Source: Antedon mediterranea (taxonomy: Eukaryota > Animalia > Echinodermata). From it: a DNA stretch of 64,000 nucleotides. The first letter of the stretch is position 1; each line of letters opens with the position of its first letter. The DNA is taken from positions 8,556,001-8,620,000 of the forward strand of contig NC_092673.1 in the NCBI RefSeq assembly GCF_964355755.1, read 5' to 3'. The notes under the pieces were generated by a model, which worked only from the letters and a program-made list of their open reading frames with translations, searched no databases and had not been told where the DNA came from. Below are positions 39,801 through 50,733 of the stretch, piece after piece. A program made the position numbers and the translations under genes.

Positions 39801-41435
39801 TAAATTGTACAGATTAGTTTATTTGGCCATACTAATTCCATGATTAAAAAAAATACAATAATTCTCCAAACCAATACATAGTTGGTCATTCATTATTATT
39901 ACTTTACCTGCATGAAAACGACGTTAATTAAGCAAATCCAGAATTTATTAGAACCTTATAATAAATCCTGTCAATTGTAATAATAATTAATAAACCATTA
40001 ACAGAATAATATTTATTTGTCTTTGAGAATCTGTTGTTGTAGTTTAGTTCAAAACGTGCAACACGAATATTTGGGACGAACTTTAATTCCATTCAAAAAC
40101 AATGGAGACCATGACTATCGTGAATAGGCTGAAAGAATGTCATATATTCATGATTTTTTTGATTTCAGATTTTGGTGAACACGATTTCCTTTTTTTTTTT
40201 TTGTGGGAATCACCCACCTTTATTGTAATTTCTTCTCATTTTCAATGTATAATAGTATAAATAATTCTGTCATTCTTAAAACAATATAGATGCATATTTG
40301 GCATAAAGTTAAATAGACTCTATACAGATGGAGCTATAATAGAACCATTGATAAAATAATTAGTGATACATTATACATATTGTATATTTAAAATTGTACT
40401 GTACAGATAAATTAAAATATTGCATATTAAAACAGTGGATGAAATAGGCAAGTTCTCTAAAATGCTAGTTTTTACATTTTTACATTTTTTGTCTGCTTTA
40501 ATAAAATTACATCCGTATTCATTTGTAATTAAGGATTTCAATTCAAATGCAAACAAATTCCATATCACTCTATTGTTTTCTCATTTTTCCAAATTGCATG
40601 ATTTGTAAATGCAAAATGTGAATAATAAAATTAGTTCATTTACAACTATGTTTCGTGTACCTGTTATTATTTTATACTAATTAATAGAACTTCTGTTGCA
40701 AATAAAATTTAAATATGAGGTCATTAAATTTAAGCCATACATTTTGAATTGCTGTACATTCAACTAGCATATGTAATTCACATTCAGTTTCTTTTTTACA
40801 CCTGTCACATATATTGTTTTCTACTATTTTCCAATCTTAAAGTTGTGTATTTTATTTGTCCATACTTCATACCAATCTAGTTCAGCATTATTGAAGACTA
40901 CTTCCCATTTTGCCTTTGCAATGGGATTGGTAGATATTTCATTTATAAAATGCCTATAATTTACCTTTGTTCTCTTTTCGGAACAAGGATTTCTCAATTG
41001 TGTTCACTTGTTCGTCATCGTATTGGTCTCTCGCTATAGATTCTTTCCATTCAATAGGTATGGCATTAATAAGCAACATATATTCTATTAGACCATTTTG
41101 TCACGATTTACTTACTAAAAATGTTACAGTTGTTATTCAATTGAAATGAATAAACAAATATCAAATACAGCAATTCTACCAAAATATTGAACATTTTTCA
41201 TTTTTTACTATACTAGGATGCTTGATCCAATATCGAATTTAACTTTTACCTTATGTAAAAATCTAATTTAAAGAGCCAGATCATTTACGGTATTCTTGTC
41301 AAACGTTTTGCAAAAAATACAACCAGCCTGTACCAGAAGCGTAATAAATTAGATTTGCATTTACCTACCTGTAACTGAGTATATATATCCAATCAATAAC
41401 AATAGGCCTACAAAAATCGTTTTAAGATTAGTCAT
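10844..41435 (-). CDS. Receptor tyrosine kinase with 2x(YWTD beta-propeller + EGF) ectodomain, about 1091 aa, 19 coding exons
   Basis: Exons 5'->3': 41435-41369 (signal peptide [22 protein letters not shown]), 38089-37856, 24755-24596, 23908-23772, 23571-23320, 22909-22796 (EGF), 22347-22102, 21737-21572, 20696-20569, 17444-17193, 16807-16694 (EGF), 16207-16031 (TM), 15840-15643 ([12 protein letters not shown]), 14831-14650, 14159-14070, 13779-13568 ([11 protein letters not shown]), 13332-13195 (WSFGV), 11505-11352, 11098-10844. All GT-AG with compatible phases; total 3276 nt with no internal stop. Exon 1 is the least certain. Confidence 0.88.
11621..12363 (+). mobile_element. Helentron-associated (HINE/DINE-like) non-autonomous element
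   Basis: 5' AACAAGGCCA..AGTCGCGTG subTIR, (GACC/GACA)n microsatellite, 3' hairpin AGTCGCTTCCACGCGACT followed by an A-run; internal region shared with the copy at 24908-25706. Confidence 0.65.
15061..15353 (-). mobile_element. Solo PLE pLTR fragment with intact hammerhead motif (15187-15223)
   Basis: Near-identical to 28144-28392; the hammerhead core is identical; bounded by TA-rich repeats. Confidence 0.85.
18525..19226. repeat. 41-bp minisatellite, about 17 copies
   Basis: Unit AAATACTACATGATCCTGGGTATACATACAAGATCATTTAT; copies near-identical, no spacers. Confidence 0.95.
19614..20447. repeat. 55-56-bp minisatellite, about 15 copies
   Basis: Unit TTAAACAATTCTCGAATATGGCAAACCACAGATATCGGTCTATAGGTACTCGTAG with minor variants. 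Confidence 0.95.
21830..21939 (-). mobile_element. Minimal HINE-like copy (ends only)
   Basis: Reverse complement has AACAAGGCA..AGTCGCGTGC..GTTAGTGTTTACCGACC..CATAGTGAGCTGTAGAGTCGCG...GCGACT. Confidence 0.6.
24908..25706 (+). mobile_element. Second HINE-like copy
   Basis: Same termini (AACAAGGCCA...AGTCGCGTTGCACGCGACTAAAAA); 25205-25610 is similar to 11860-12260. Confidence 0.65.
27783..27917. repeat. (TA)n microsatellite interrupted by a retroposon tail
   Basis: Long TA runs at about 27783-27852 and 27893-27917. Confidence 0.95.
27918..28130 (-). mobile_element. tRNA-containing short retroposon inserted in (TA)n
   Basis: About 30-nt leader, cloverleaf, and a tail of about 110 nt ending TGCCTGATTTGTTT-(AT)n. 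5'-truncated tail copies occur at 27851-27893 (+) and 15383-15460 (+). Confidence 0.65.
28029..28100 (-). tRNA. tRNA-like cloverleaf (nominal anticodon ATC) inside a repeat element; probably SINE/pseudo-tRNA
   Basis: GCCCCAG-TG-GTCT-AATGGTTA-GGAC-A-TCTGC-ATATCAA-GCAGG-CGGT-CCGAG-TTCGAGT-CTCGG-TTGGGGC-G. All four stems pair (with G-U pairs), A and B boxes are present, and TTTTT starts 2 nt downstream. Confidence 0.6.
28143..29498 (-). mobile_element. Penelope-like element (Neptune-like), 5'-truncated: RT C-terminus + GIY-YIG endonuclease + pLTR
   Basis: [39 protein letters not shown] (PLE RT C-terminus). One in-frame TAA at 29222-29220, then [21 protein letters not shown], Cys linker [27 protein letters not shown]. 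Flanked by (TA)n on both sides. Confidence 0.92.
28231..28267 (-). ncRNA. Minimal type I hammerhead ribozyme motif in the PLE 3' repeat
   Basis: Minus strand reads GCA-CTGATGA-A-GGGC-tagtgtt-GCCC-GAAA-GC-TC-TGC: conserved core, 4-bp stem II, palindromic AGCT stem III, GCA/TGC stem I. Confidence 0.8.
31670..32420 (+). mobile_element. Highly degenerate CR1/L2-group LINE RT remnant
   Basis: [12 protein letters not shown] (about 31683), GVPQGTIL (about 31827), [21 protein letters not shown] in broken frames. Confidence 0.65.
33015..35754. mobile_element. Foldback-type element with long arms of about 120-bp subrepeats
   Basis: 33015-33845 repeats GACAGCAACTTTATCCTGTAAGTTGC..AGACAGTAGCCC; the inverted copy is at 35320-35754; termini CCCAGAAAGTTTATTCAT / ATGAATAAACTTTCTGGG. 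Confidence 0.75.
36407..36511. mobile_element. Short copy of the same Harbinger-like MITE
   Basis: TTA|AGCTTGGTACCCACTAG...GAAACCAAGCT|TTA. Confidence 0.7.
37198..37790 (-). mobile_element. L2-clade LINE 3' fragment
   Basis: [11 protein letters not shown]...[26 protein letters not shown], plus a tail with GCGCCTTTGA...GACGCTATACAAATA. Confidence 0.85.
38264..39503. mobile_element. Foldback element with CACAAATGTGAAAA subterminal tandem repeats
   Basis: Left arm 38264-38380; inverted, expanded right arm 39164-39503 (TTTTCACATTTGTGG repeats). Confidence 0.75.
38747..38925. mobile_element. PIF/Harbinger-like MITE
   Basis: TTA|AGCGTGGTTCCCA...TGGAACCAAGCT|TTA: TIR with 3-bp TTA duplication. 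Related copies at 36407-36511 and 53147-53615. Confidence 0.8.
40480..41110 (-). mobile_element. L1/Tx1-clade ORF2 3' remnant in RTK intron 1
   Basis: Minus-strand fragments [49 protein letters not shown]. Confidence 0.5.
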
Positions 41436-42419
41436 CTTTCAATATTTTAAACGCAATTCATAATACAACTTTCTAAAAACAAGTTTAGTAGACTAGAATA
41501 GCCGAAGTAGCTTTGATGACGTTGACGTTATCATACACAATGGACCGCCGGGTAAAACAAGTGCATGTGTATGCGCAATAGTTAACGGCCAAGTGAAGAT
41601 GACTTCCGGATGTACTGTGTAATCCCGGACGGAAATTCAACACACGCCTCGAAACTTAAACACACGGATAATTAGTCTGCGACCTTTATCCAAGTTTACC
41701 AAATACATTTCAATTCAATTTTTCTATCATAATCTATTATTATTTCCTAATCCTTATCATTCATTTGTTATTGATTGACTTTGACTTGTATTTAATGATT
41801 TTTCGATTTTTTTTTTTCTTTCAATTTTATTTTTTAAAAGGTAGGCCTATACATGTTGCTGTATTAATGTATTACCATTCTTTTTTGTTATGGCCATTGT
41901 GGCCGAGTGCCACTGATGCAAAAATGTAATTAACAATTAAATTATAGGCCTAAATAAAAGTTCATAAAGTATACAAACTATCTATATCTTCCTGTAATAA
42001 AACGGATACACATTTAATTCTAGTCTAAAATCCGAGTCTAAAATATAGTACTTATGGTTTTATGAACTGCGGGGGTGGTGTAGTTTGCAAGCGAAATTGC
42101 GAATGGTTATTTTTTCTTTTTATTCATTCATTGTCATAATCGTCTACCGCTTTTTTCATAATACTCTCTTTTCGTATCCTCTTTAATATTATTTAGATTA
42201 GATAGACACTGAACTGAACTGAACTTTTATTGTATCTCTTTTAAATCAGAGGCACAGTCTCAATGAGATGTGCAACAAGTTTACAGTGAAAAATAATACA
42301 TACACACTTAAATATAAATACAAAACAAGAAATTAGACATAAGAACAAAATAACAAAAAAAAAAAAAAAAAAAAATTTAAGAAAACTGAGACAGATTAAA
42401 TACTAAGAAAATGAATAAA

Positions 42420-45400
42420 TTAAGTTTGAGAAGGAATTGTATTATATAAATCATTTCGTGTGTTCCAAGCCATGGTCAGAAAAATTTTACAATGTTTGTC
42501 GAAAATAATACTTGCTAATTCGTATACATCATGGGTCAATTGATTTGGTGTAATTTTAAATTCATTATGGATTTCAAGATCATCGAAGAATAAGTGGTAT
42601 TTAAGATCTAGAGAGCTAGTAGTAAACAATTCCCAGAACATGGATAGATTATTGTTGTTTAGCTCATCTTTAAGGTTCATGAGTATTGGATGTCTAACGT
42701 ACTCAAGTCGTTTGCATTCAAATACGAAATGATATACAGTTTCCTTTTCATTACAATTACACAATAAACATATACCTGCATTTTGAGATGACCATGCTTC
42801 TTTCTCTAAGTGGTAGAGAATTGGAGCGAATTTTAAATTTTAGGTTTGAAGCATGGTAGTTACACTTATCTAATAAGTATTTTTCTAGTTTTGGTTCATT
42901 TTTATACCTTATATAATTACTTAGTGATGGTTTATTCTTAGCATTCTCAAGCCATTTCATCTTATCTCTTATAGTGTTTTTTTCTTTGAAACCTTTAAGC
43001 CAATTATTAGCATATTCTAAGTTAAAATGTTTTTGTATATCACAGTTGATATTTTATATTATGTAGCCAATTCCAATTTAAAGTGTTTTCAAGTGCAAAG
43101 AGCGCTCTTAGCAGAACTTTTGGTAAACGACCTTCGTCCATGTTTTTCAATCTTTTGAAGTAGGATATTCCTCTATCCGATAGTATGGACTCAATCGATT
43201 GCCATCCAAGTTCACCATAAAGGGCTTCCTTTGCAACATACCTTGGTGCTTTTAAAAGATATTTAGCCATTTGATATTGCATAATTTCAATTTTTTGGAT
43301 AGATGTTTTGCTTTCACAAAACCAAATACTGCATGCATAGGTTATCCTTGGTATTCCAATGCCTTTCCAAAGTATATTACCATACATAATTCTATTGAAA
43401 TCATTTTGTTCATTTATGATTGATTTTATATATGCAATAATTCTGCTTCCTTTTTTAATCGTTTCATCTATATGGCATGTATCTTTTAAATGTCTTGATA
43501 TGTGCATGCCTAGGTATTTATACGTGTTGGCTTCGTCTATAAATTTATTACTGATTGGCCATTTTCTATGTTTGTTAATGCGTTGGTTGGTTACAATTAC
43601 ATATGATTTTTCAAAATTAAATACCATTTTAAATTTTGTTGCAAAGTCGTTTGCTGCTTTCAATAATAATTCTAGATCACTTTCACTATCTCCAATTAGG
43701 ATTATATCGTTGGCCCAGAATAGGTTACCAATCTTTTTATCAAATATATTAATGCCTAAATCTCTGTCCTTAATAATTTTGTTAAGTTCATTTATGTATA
43801 TATTAAAAAGAATAGGAGAGAGTGGACAGCCTTGTTTGACACCTTCATCAATGTTGAAGATGTCAGTTTCGTATTCACCAAAGGAGACTTTTCCTTTTAA
43901 ATTTTTATACAGATTTGTAATAATATTTAACATTTTTCCATTAATACCCATGTTTTTACATGCATAAAACAACCCATCTCGCCAAACAGTGTCAAACGCT
44001 TTGCTGAAGTCCATAAATGCAAGAAATATCTTTTCCCCTTCCGCTTGGCGACAAGCAATTATACTTTTTAATATAAAAATATGGTCTTCACACCTTTTAT
44101 CTTTCCTAAACCCACCCTGAACTTCCGATAACAAATTATGTTCTTCAATGAAGTTTGACACTGCTTGAGAAATAAGTTTATTATATATTTTAGATACAGT
44201 AGAGTTTAAGGTTATGCCTCTGTAATTACTTAACTCTTTGCGATCACCCTTTTTATGTATTGGTATAATCTTACCAATGTTCCATTCCTCGGGTATAGTT
44301 TCAAGTGTAGATAATTTCTTAAATAACTTATATAATGCTTCTACAATTTCTGAACCTCCATTTTTCAATATCTCATTGGTTATTGAGTCATCACCAGGAC
44401 TCTTATTATTTTTACATTTTGATATAGCATATTCGATGTCTTCGTGAGAGAAAATAAATTGTTCTAATAATGGTGAGTTATCACCAATGGTATGTCGTAA
44501 TAGAGGTTCATGATAAAGGTAATTATTGTTAGTACTTAATTTATGTTTATTAATACTACTAAAGTAAGTTTTTAATGAGTCTTTAATACAATTTCTATCA
44601 GAAGTAACATTTTTTGTACCTGGAATAAAGATAGAATTAGGTGTGACTACGGGTGTTTTATCTTTCAGCTCGGACCAAAAATCTTTGCATTGAGACCCCC
44701 CTTTATTCATAATTTCGGAACATCTATGTACTTTCTTTTGTAATATTTTTTGTTTTGTTAGTGATTTGCATTGTTTTCTTATTTCTTGGTAGTCATCCAT
44801 AGAGAATCGCATACCTCTTGTTTAAATGTATTATTATTTTTCGTTTTTTGGTAGATTCTATGGGATCTACAAGCATCTTTCCTTTTTTTGATACAACTGT
44901 CATTTTCTTCATCATACCAACAATTAAGTTTTTTATTATTATTCTTATGACCCAATGTGGTTTCTGCTACCGTAATTAAATTATTTTTCCATATCCTCCA
45001 TGCTTCATTTGCGTTTAAATTTGAGGTGTCCCAGTTTTCAAATTTGTTTTTAATTTCTTTCCTGAAAGGTTCCCAGTCAGTATTTTTATCTATATTCCAA
45101 GTAACTTTATTGTTTTTAATCAGCTTTTGTTTCTTATTGTTTATTTCTAAATTACTATCACCAATTAGTTCTAACAATAGTACATTGTGGTCACTTCCTA
45201 AGTGGTACATATACAATTCATCTATAAACAGTTCTTTAGTAATTTCATAAACGGTTTCTGATACTAGAATGTAGTCTAAAATGCTGCATGAGTAACCGTT
45301 TACCCAGGTAAATTTACCACTACATTTTGTGCTACTGTTTAATATAATAAGATTACTGTCCTCGCTTAAATTCAACAGGCCTTTACCATTATTGTTTAGT

Positions 45401-46026
45401 AACACATCTCCTTGTAAAATGTTATTGCCAATTTTACCATTGAAGTCTCCTAGTACAATTAATTTTGAATTTTGGTCTTGGTTTTGGATTGAAAGTATCT
45501 CTGATAGTAGTTGCGAATAGAGCTCAGACGATAATTGTCTATTTGTACCTTCACAAGGAAAGTATACTACACATAAGGAATATATGGAATCGGTATTACT
45601 GGTTAATTGAACTTTAATCCAAAGTCTTTCTAGATCATCTGACTTTGAGTCAAATAGGTTATCATTAATTATTTTAATGCTTTGTTTAAGGAGGAAGCCA
45701 ATTCCACCCTGGCTTTTCTTTAATGCATTTAAACGATTTTTACCAATCCAGATAAAGTTAGGAATTTTTATATCTTCATTGTCTTTTAAAAAAGTTTCTG
45801 TTATACCAAATATTTCAATATCCTTATTGGTGTGCAAAAGCCTAGCTACCTCATATTTTTTACTTTTATAACCTCTAATATTATTATATATTATTTTAAA
45901 ATTTGATTTATTGACCCTGGATTTCTTCTTACTTCTCCTTATTTTTTTGAATTTTTTAGTTTTGTATCTTAATTGATTATTGCAGATGTCATTCGGAGTT
46001 GTGTCAGTTTCATTGACTATAATCAT
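42420..46026 (-). pseudogene. LINE ORF2 (AP endonuclease + RT + C-terminal Zn finger), frameshifted
   Basis: APE motifs NIRG, ITET, LGDFN, LDYILVS, SDH (44779-46026). RT 43040-44812 has catalytic YADD altered to WAND. Further fragments at 42757-42960 and 42420-42764 (CNEKETVYHFVFEC) lie in shifted frames. Confidence 0.88.
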
Positions 46027-46191
46027 ATTGTGGTTGGTTGGTATATCTACTTTATAATCTAGAGTGATATTATTTTCATCAGGAAGGATATTGAATCTAT
46101 TGTTAATATTAATTACACTATCTATTACTTTTTTGTCTACGTTAGTTTGACAATACCAATTATTTTCGGCATTCTCTTCCTGGCCGGACCT

Positions 46192-47451
46192 CTAATATTG
46201 TTGCTCGTACTCGTAGTACTGGGTGTTATAACAGATGTTGTGATGAGCTTTGTGTCCCCATTCATTGCAGGTGAAACATCTTATTGGATTTCCGTGTCTG
46301 CAGTTCTTGGTTGTGTGGTTGTTTTCGCCGCAATAGGAACAGCCGTATTCTCGATACTCTGTTTGATGTTCATTGTAGTATTTTCTGTTATACTTTGGTT
46401 TCTGTCTGATTATTTTATGTGAATTGTCAATGTTCTTCAGTAGTCTAGTAGTCCCTTGTTTGCTAAGATGTAGTCCACTTCTATTTAGGGAATCAATTTC
46501 AAAGTTCTCTTCGTTGTCTACAAGATCACAGTTATTCTCGGTTGCTAAAGATTTTAGTTGATAGTTCAATTTATCGACTCGTGTTTGGTGATCATCGTTG
46601 TCCGTCCTAGGACATATTGTAGATATTACTACCTTGGTATCAGGGGCATTTGTCTTTATTTCTTGTAACAGATCATTGAAATCTTCTACTGCGTCGCTTG
46701 CTAGTTTGTCGTCCACGCAGTTGTTTGTTCCACAGTGAATAACAATTGTGTTCAGACCATCAAGACAATTTGTATGCAGGGCCTTAGTGACATCTTTTAC
46801 CTTTGCGCCAGGGAGACATTTCACTTCAGTGTTGGTTAAGCCCTCTTCTTTAATGTGTTTTATGATGGAATCTCCTATTATCAGTGTGTTTCTATCTGCT
46901 CTTTTATCTGATTCAGTATGTTTCGATGAACGGTTTGTGGTGTTTAGGTTGTTTGTCATTATTGCTGCTCTCATATTGTTAATATCATTTCTCATTCTGT
47001 TGTTAATTTCGGTTTGGGTGTTTATGGTTTCCATTAATTGAGCGTTTTTTGTTCGTAGCTCCTTATTTTCTGTCATCATATCTTGTATCCCGCCAGTAAG
47101 TTGAGCTAGCGATGATTGTAGGTTTGCAATATGGCTTGGCATGCTTTTACATTGAATGCAAATGAAAATTGGTCGTCGTCCTGTCAGATTCAATCCCACA
47201 CATTGGGGGTGAAATTTACTTGAGCAGAATGAGCACTGAGCTGGTGTCCCTTTGCATGAAGTCATAGTGCAAGTAGGTAAACAATTAACATTTAAATCCG
47301 TTATTGTGGTTTTCAAACTGTTATGTTGGTCTTTTGTCGATCTATCAGAAATAGGTGTCGAAGTGGTAGTAGTAGTAGTGCTGACGTTATTATTCAATAC
47401 AACTTTAGTTGGTTTTTTTTGAGTAATTTTCTTATTGGTTGTTGATGCCAT
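46192..47451 (-). CDS. LINE ORF1, 419 aa: PHD finger, coiled coil, SGNH esterase-like domain, two CCHC knuckles
   Basis: PHD-like CSFC..FHPQC..FICIQC; heptad-rich coil; IIGDS, HCGTNN, SGLHLSKQG; knuckles CSYCGENNHTTKNC and CFTCNEWGHKAHHNIC. Confidence 0.88.
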   Translation of the reverse strand: MASTTNKKITQKKPTKVVLNNNVSTTTTTTSTPISDRSTKDQHNSLKTTITDLNVNCLPTCTMTSCKGTPAQCSFCSSKFHPQCVGLNLTGRRPIFICIQCKSMPSHIANLQSSLAQLTGGIQDMMTENKELRTKNAQLMETINTQTEINNRMRNDINNMRAAIMTNNLNTTNRSSKHTESDKRADRNTLIIGDSIIKHIKEEGLTNTEVKCLPGAKVKDVTKALHTNCLDGLNTIVIHCGTNNCVDDKLASDAVEDFNDLLQEIKTNAPDTKVVISTICPRTDNDDHQTRVDKLNYQLKSLATENNCDLVDNEENFEIDSLNRSGLHLSKQGTTRLLKNIDNSHKIIRQKPKYNRKYYNEHQTEYREYGCSYCGENNHTTKNCRHGNPIRCFTCNEWGHKAHHNICYNTQYYEYEQQY

Positions 47452-50400
47452 TTTATTGTAAGTGTTCTGCTTTATAACATACAGGATGTGTTACGTATTC
47501 AAGCTAGCCTCAATTGTCGCAAACAATAGACAGCTACTGGCTTTTGTTTGGCATGGCTTGGTTTGATTTGAAAGTTTGCTTCAGGTTTGAGTAACTGGCC
47601 TAGCTTTTAATTGGTAAAAAACACCTTTTAAATTGTAAAAAAGAAAATTAAATATACCTCCAAATGATAATGACACACTAGTGGTCCTCTATTGAATATC
47701 CATTGAAGGATAAGTTCTTGTTTGATGGGAACAGAACAGGAACACGACGCTCAGTCGACTGTGTTGTGCATTCCACTTTTAGCTTTGATATATATCATAC
47801 TTATACTATCAACTTTACTGAACCTTATTTATGTTCAATCATATATTATATATATTCTGTCTATGACATTACAACAAACAAATTGTAATACTTCTATAAC
47901 TGTCATCTATAAAAGCATAAATAATATAGTTATATACTCTATCTACCAGTTTGTTTAGTTATCTTTCCCTTTCTATCATAATACACATATCATAAACTTT
48001 TTTTTATATTTATATCTTTATATTTAGCCTCCATTTTACTTTTAGTAGGGCTTTCATCCACTTTTACTCCAGTATAACAAAACATAATTGTAACATAAAA
48101 AAGGTACGTTTTATCATTTCTATATATAAATTTACGTAAGGGCAAAATTCGGTAAATCGCGCGTTATTTCTAGAATGTTTACTCGACATGGTATATAATA
48201 TAAAGTTGGTTCGTACTTTCGGTACTGATTTTAACCACCTGATGTAACCCTGTTTACTAATTAAATTGAGTTCAATAATACGTAAGGGCAAAATTCGGTA
48301 AATCGCGCGTTATTTCTAGAATATTTACTGTTTACTAATTAATTAGTTATTGACAATTAAAACGAATTTAGGTTCAACGATTTTCTGATTGTGGTATACA
48401 CTTTCTAATGGATGTCCATCTTGAAAAATACCCGCACACAATAATACGAGGCTGCTTCGCATTTTCCTACCGTATCCTCCCTACGATATTTGTTTTTAAT
48501 GGCTGAAAACGGTTGAACAGTTCGAGTAGGCCTACAGCATCATACATCATAATGTTGAAGACAGGCCGATTTTCTTTACAAAATATGAATTATTATTTTG
48601 ATAGATTTAATATACGTTTATACAAATGTATTGATTTGCGATGAATGGAACATTTCAAATTATTTGGTTTAACCATAGGGTATAGGTTTAACACAAGTAG
48701 GAAAATGTATGTGCCCTTAGAGAATAAACTTAAAACCTTCGATATAGTATTGCAATACTACTATACAATATTGTAAATACCTATTAACCACTTTTGGTCG
48801 CCATTTAAATCGCAAATTTCTTACTGTGAGTGTTGGTACTGTTAGATATATTAATATAAAAATATATACAAATAAACTGTATTACTGTGAGTGTGGGAGG
48901 CCCTACCGTTAGATTATAAACACATAATATACAAATAAACTATATTACTGACAGTTGCTTCTCAACGTTTGTATTAATTAATAATTACAAACAATACAAA
49001 GGACGTAGTGGTCTATTGTCACATGTACTTTACTATTTCAATCGACACGACAGTGACAGTTTTAACAAAGTATTAAATCGCAAATGTTTTTGTGTATATA
49101 CAGTATATTATTTATAGGCCTATAAAACATGAAAAAAATATTTCGTTGCAGAGTGGATAAAGAATATATTTTAAAATGGTTCCTCTTTGTACCTTCCCTC
49201 AACCTTAATGTTACATACAAAACACAAATTGGATTTGCATAAATCATTGTGTCTATTCGTTTCTGTAAACGACAATATATTATATAGTCCTGCTTACTTT
49301 GAAATCGCCAGTTTTTTTACGCTGAAATTACTGTGTATATCGCTTCGCTCGCGTACCATCTAGTAATTATAATTTCGTCTGACAATTTTTCGGGTTTGAT
49401 AAATCATTTTAATTTTTAACAATAATTTATACCATAGGCAAATCCACTTTATGTATCTTTTTTTTAAAAGAATACTTATAGCTTTTGATATTTCTTTGCC
49501 CTTGTAATTTCCCATGTAATTTGCACATCACGAATTGTTACCAAGCCGACTCCACTAGCCAGATATTTCAATATTGTTTTTTTTTTCTTCATATTTTCTC
49601 ATTTTTCATAGTAGAATGTTATGGTATATAAATAACACGTCACTGTAAAAAAATCTTTTAAAAGGTTATAACCAGTTCAGTTTATGAAACCATTATAAAT
49701 ATGCGTTTTTTGGGGTTTTTTTTTTAAAATGAAGGTTGCGGGCGCTATTTACACAAGTAAAAATACACTTTTTAACATTTAACTACTACTGTAATTACAA
49801 ATTTATTATTATATTCTTTTACATTTTTATAACATATTGTTATTATACAACATATAAATATATATTTTCTAACAATTTCACATTAAAACCTTTTACGGTC
49901 AATAGTTTGTGTACTACCAGTGCAGGTCAAAGGTAAATTTTTTTCAAATTGGGTCATTTTCATCTTCATTTTTCTTCATCATTTATTTGTTCAGTACCAT
50001 ATGCTGTAAGGCATAAGAACGAAAAATAAATTGTTTATTCAAAAAATACAAATTTTATTTTCATATAATTAATGGTTGCTCTACGCATTTGATATGGATT
50101 TTTATCTCTTTGACATGATAAAGTTTAAATTGTTTAAAATACAGGGTTATAGATTAAGTGGTTATGGAGTACATGACTATCCCACAAACTAAGCGAAAGA
50201 TATCTGCCGACTGCTCGTTTTCCCGTAGCTAGACCAACCAAGAATCTGGAACAGAACAGAACATTTGCCCAGAAAAAATATAAATTTAGGTGATTAAAAC
50301 CAGTTTAAAAAACAAGTCCTTTTATTTCAACAAATGTTATGACAGTATGTATAGTGTACAGCTGTACTTAATAATCAAAGATAAATATGTAAGAGTCATT

Positions 50401-50733
50401 GTCCTTGTATTGGTAGTCAGTCGATTTTGTATCTAGTATGAAACTAGAAGATACACAGGTAATACCTTCCTACTCCTACACCACAGTATTCTCAATAAAT
50501 GAACTACAGTAAATTGTACACATGGATGATGGATGTGCATTGAACAAGTTGAAGTTCCATGGATTTTCTTTACTAATAATACTGGTTTACTTTTCACGAC
50601 ATTAAGGAAGTAGTAGATCAGTTCCAGTTGCTACTTCGAGAAGTAACTCATTGTTGTACTTGAGTAATTATTATCACAGCTTTGACCTGGAGCATTAAAA
50701 AAATACACTTTTTCAAACAAGTCAGTGAGTTAA

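Larger units (their letters stand above)
42208..47600 (-). mobile_element. Near full-length non-LTR retrotransposon, RTE-group (RTEX-like), ORF2 disabled
   Basis: ORF1 followed by APE-RT-CCHC ORF2. RT motifs NYRGIT, QGGFR, DFSKAFD, GVKQGCPLSP are RTE-type. The 3' end has AATAAA plus (GTTCA)3 at about 42208-42232. The 5' boundary is approximate and no TSD was found. Confidence 0.85.

Noticed and set aside
39908-40000. Strong minus-strand donor CAG|GTAAAG as candidate RTK exon 1
   Set aside because: The required phase-1 frame has a TAA five codons upstream; 41435-41369 gives a clean signal peptide. It could still be a non-coding exon.
43359-47041. Plus-strand hydrophobic ORFs up to 202 aa
   Set aside because: Antisense shadows of the A-rich LINE ORFs.
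46192-47451. Domestication of intact ORF1 beside a broken ORF2
   Set aside because: Only a few lesions over 3.6 kb of ORF2, so an intact 1.26-kb ORF1 is compatible with chance.
48131-48330. Direct repeat of about 50 bp (48131-48182 and 48278-48328)
   Set aside because: Only two copies with no TIR, TSD or coding signal; looks like a local duplication.
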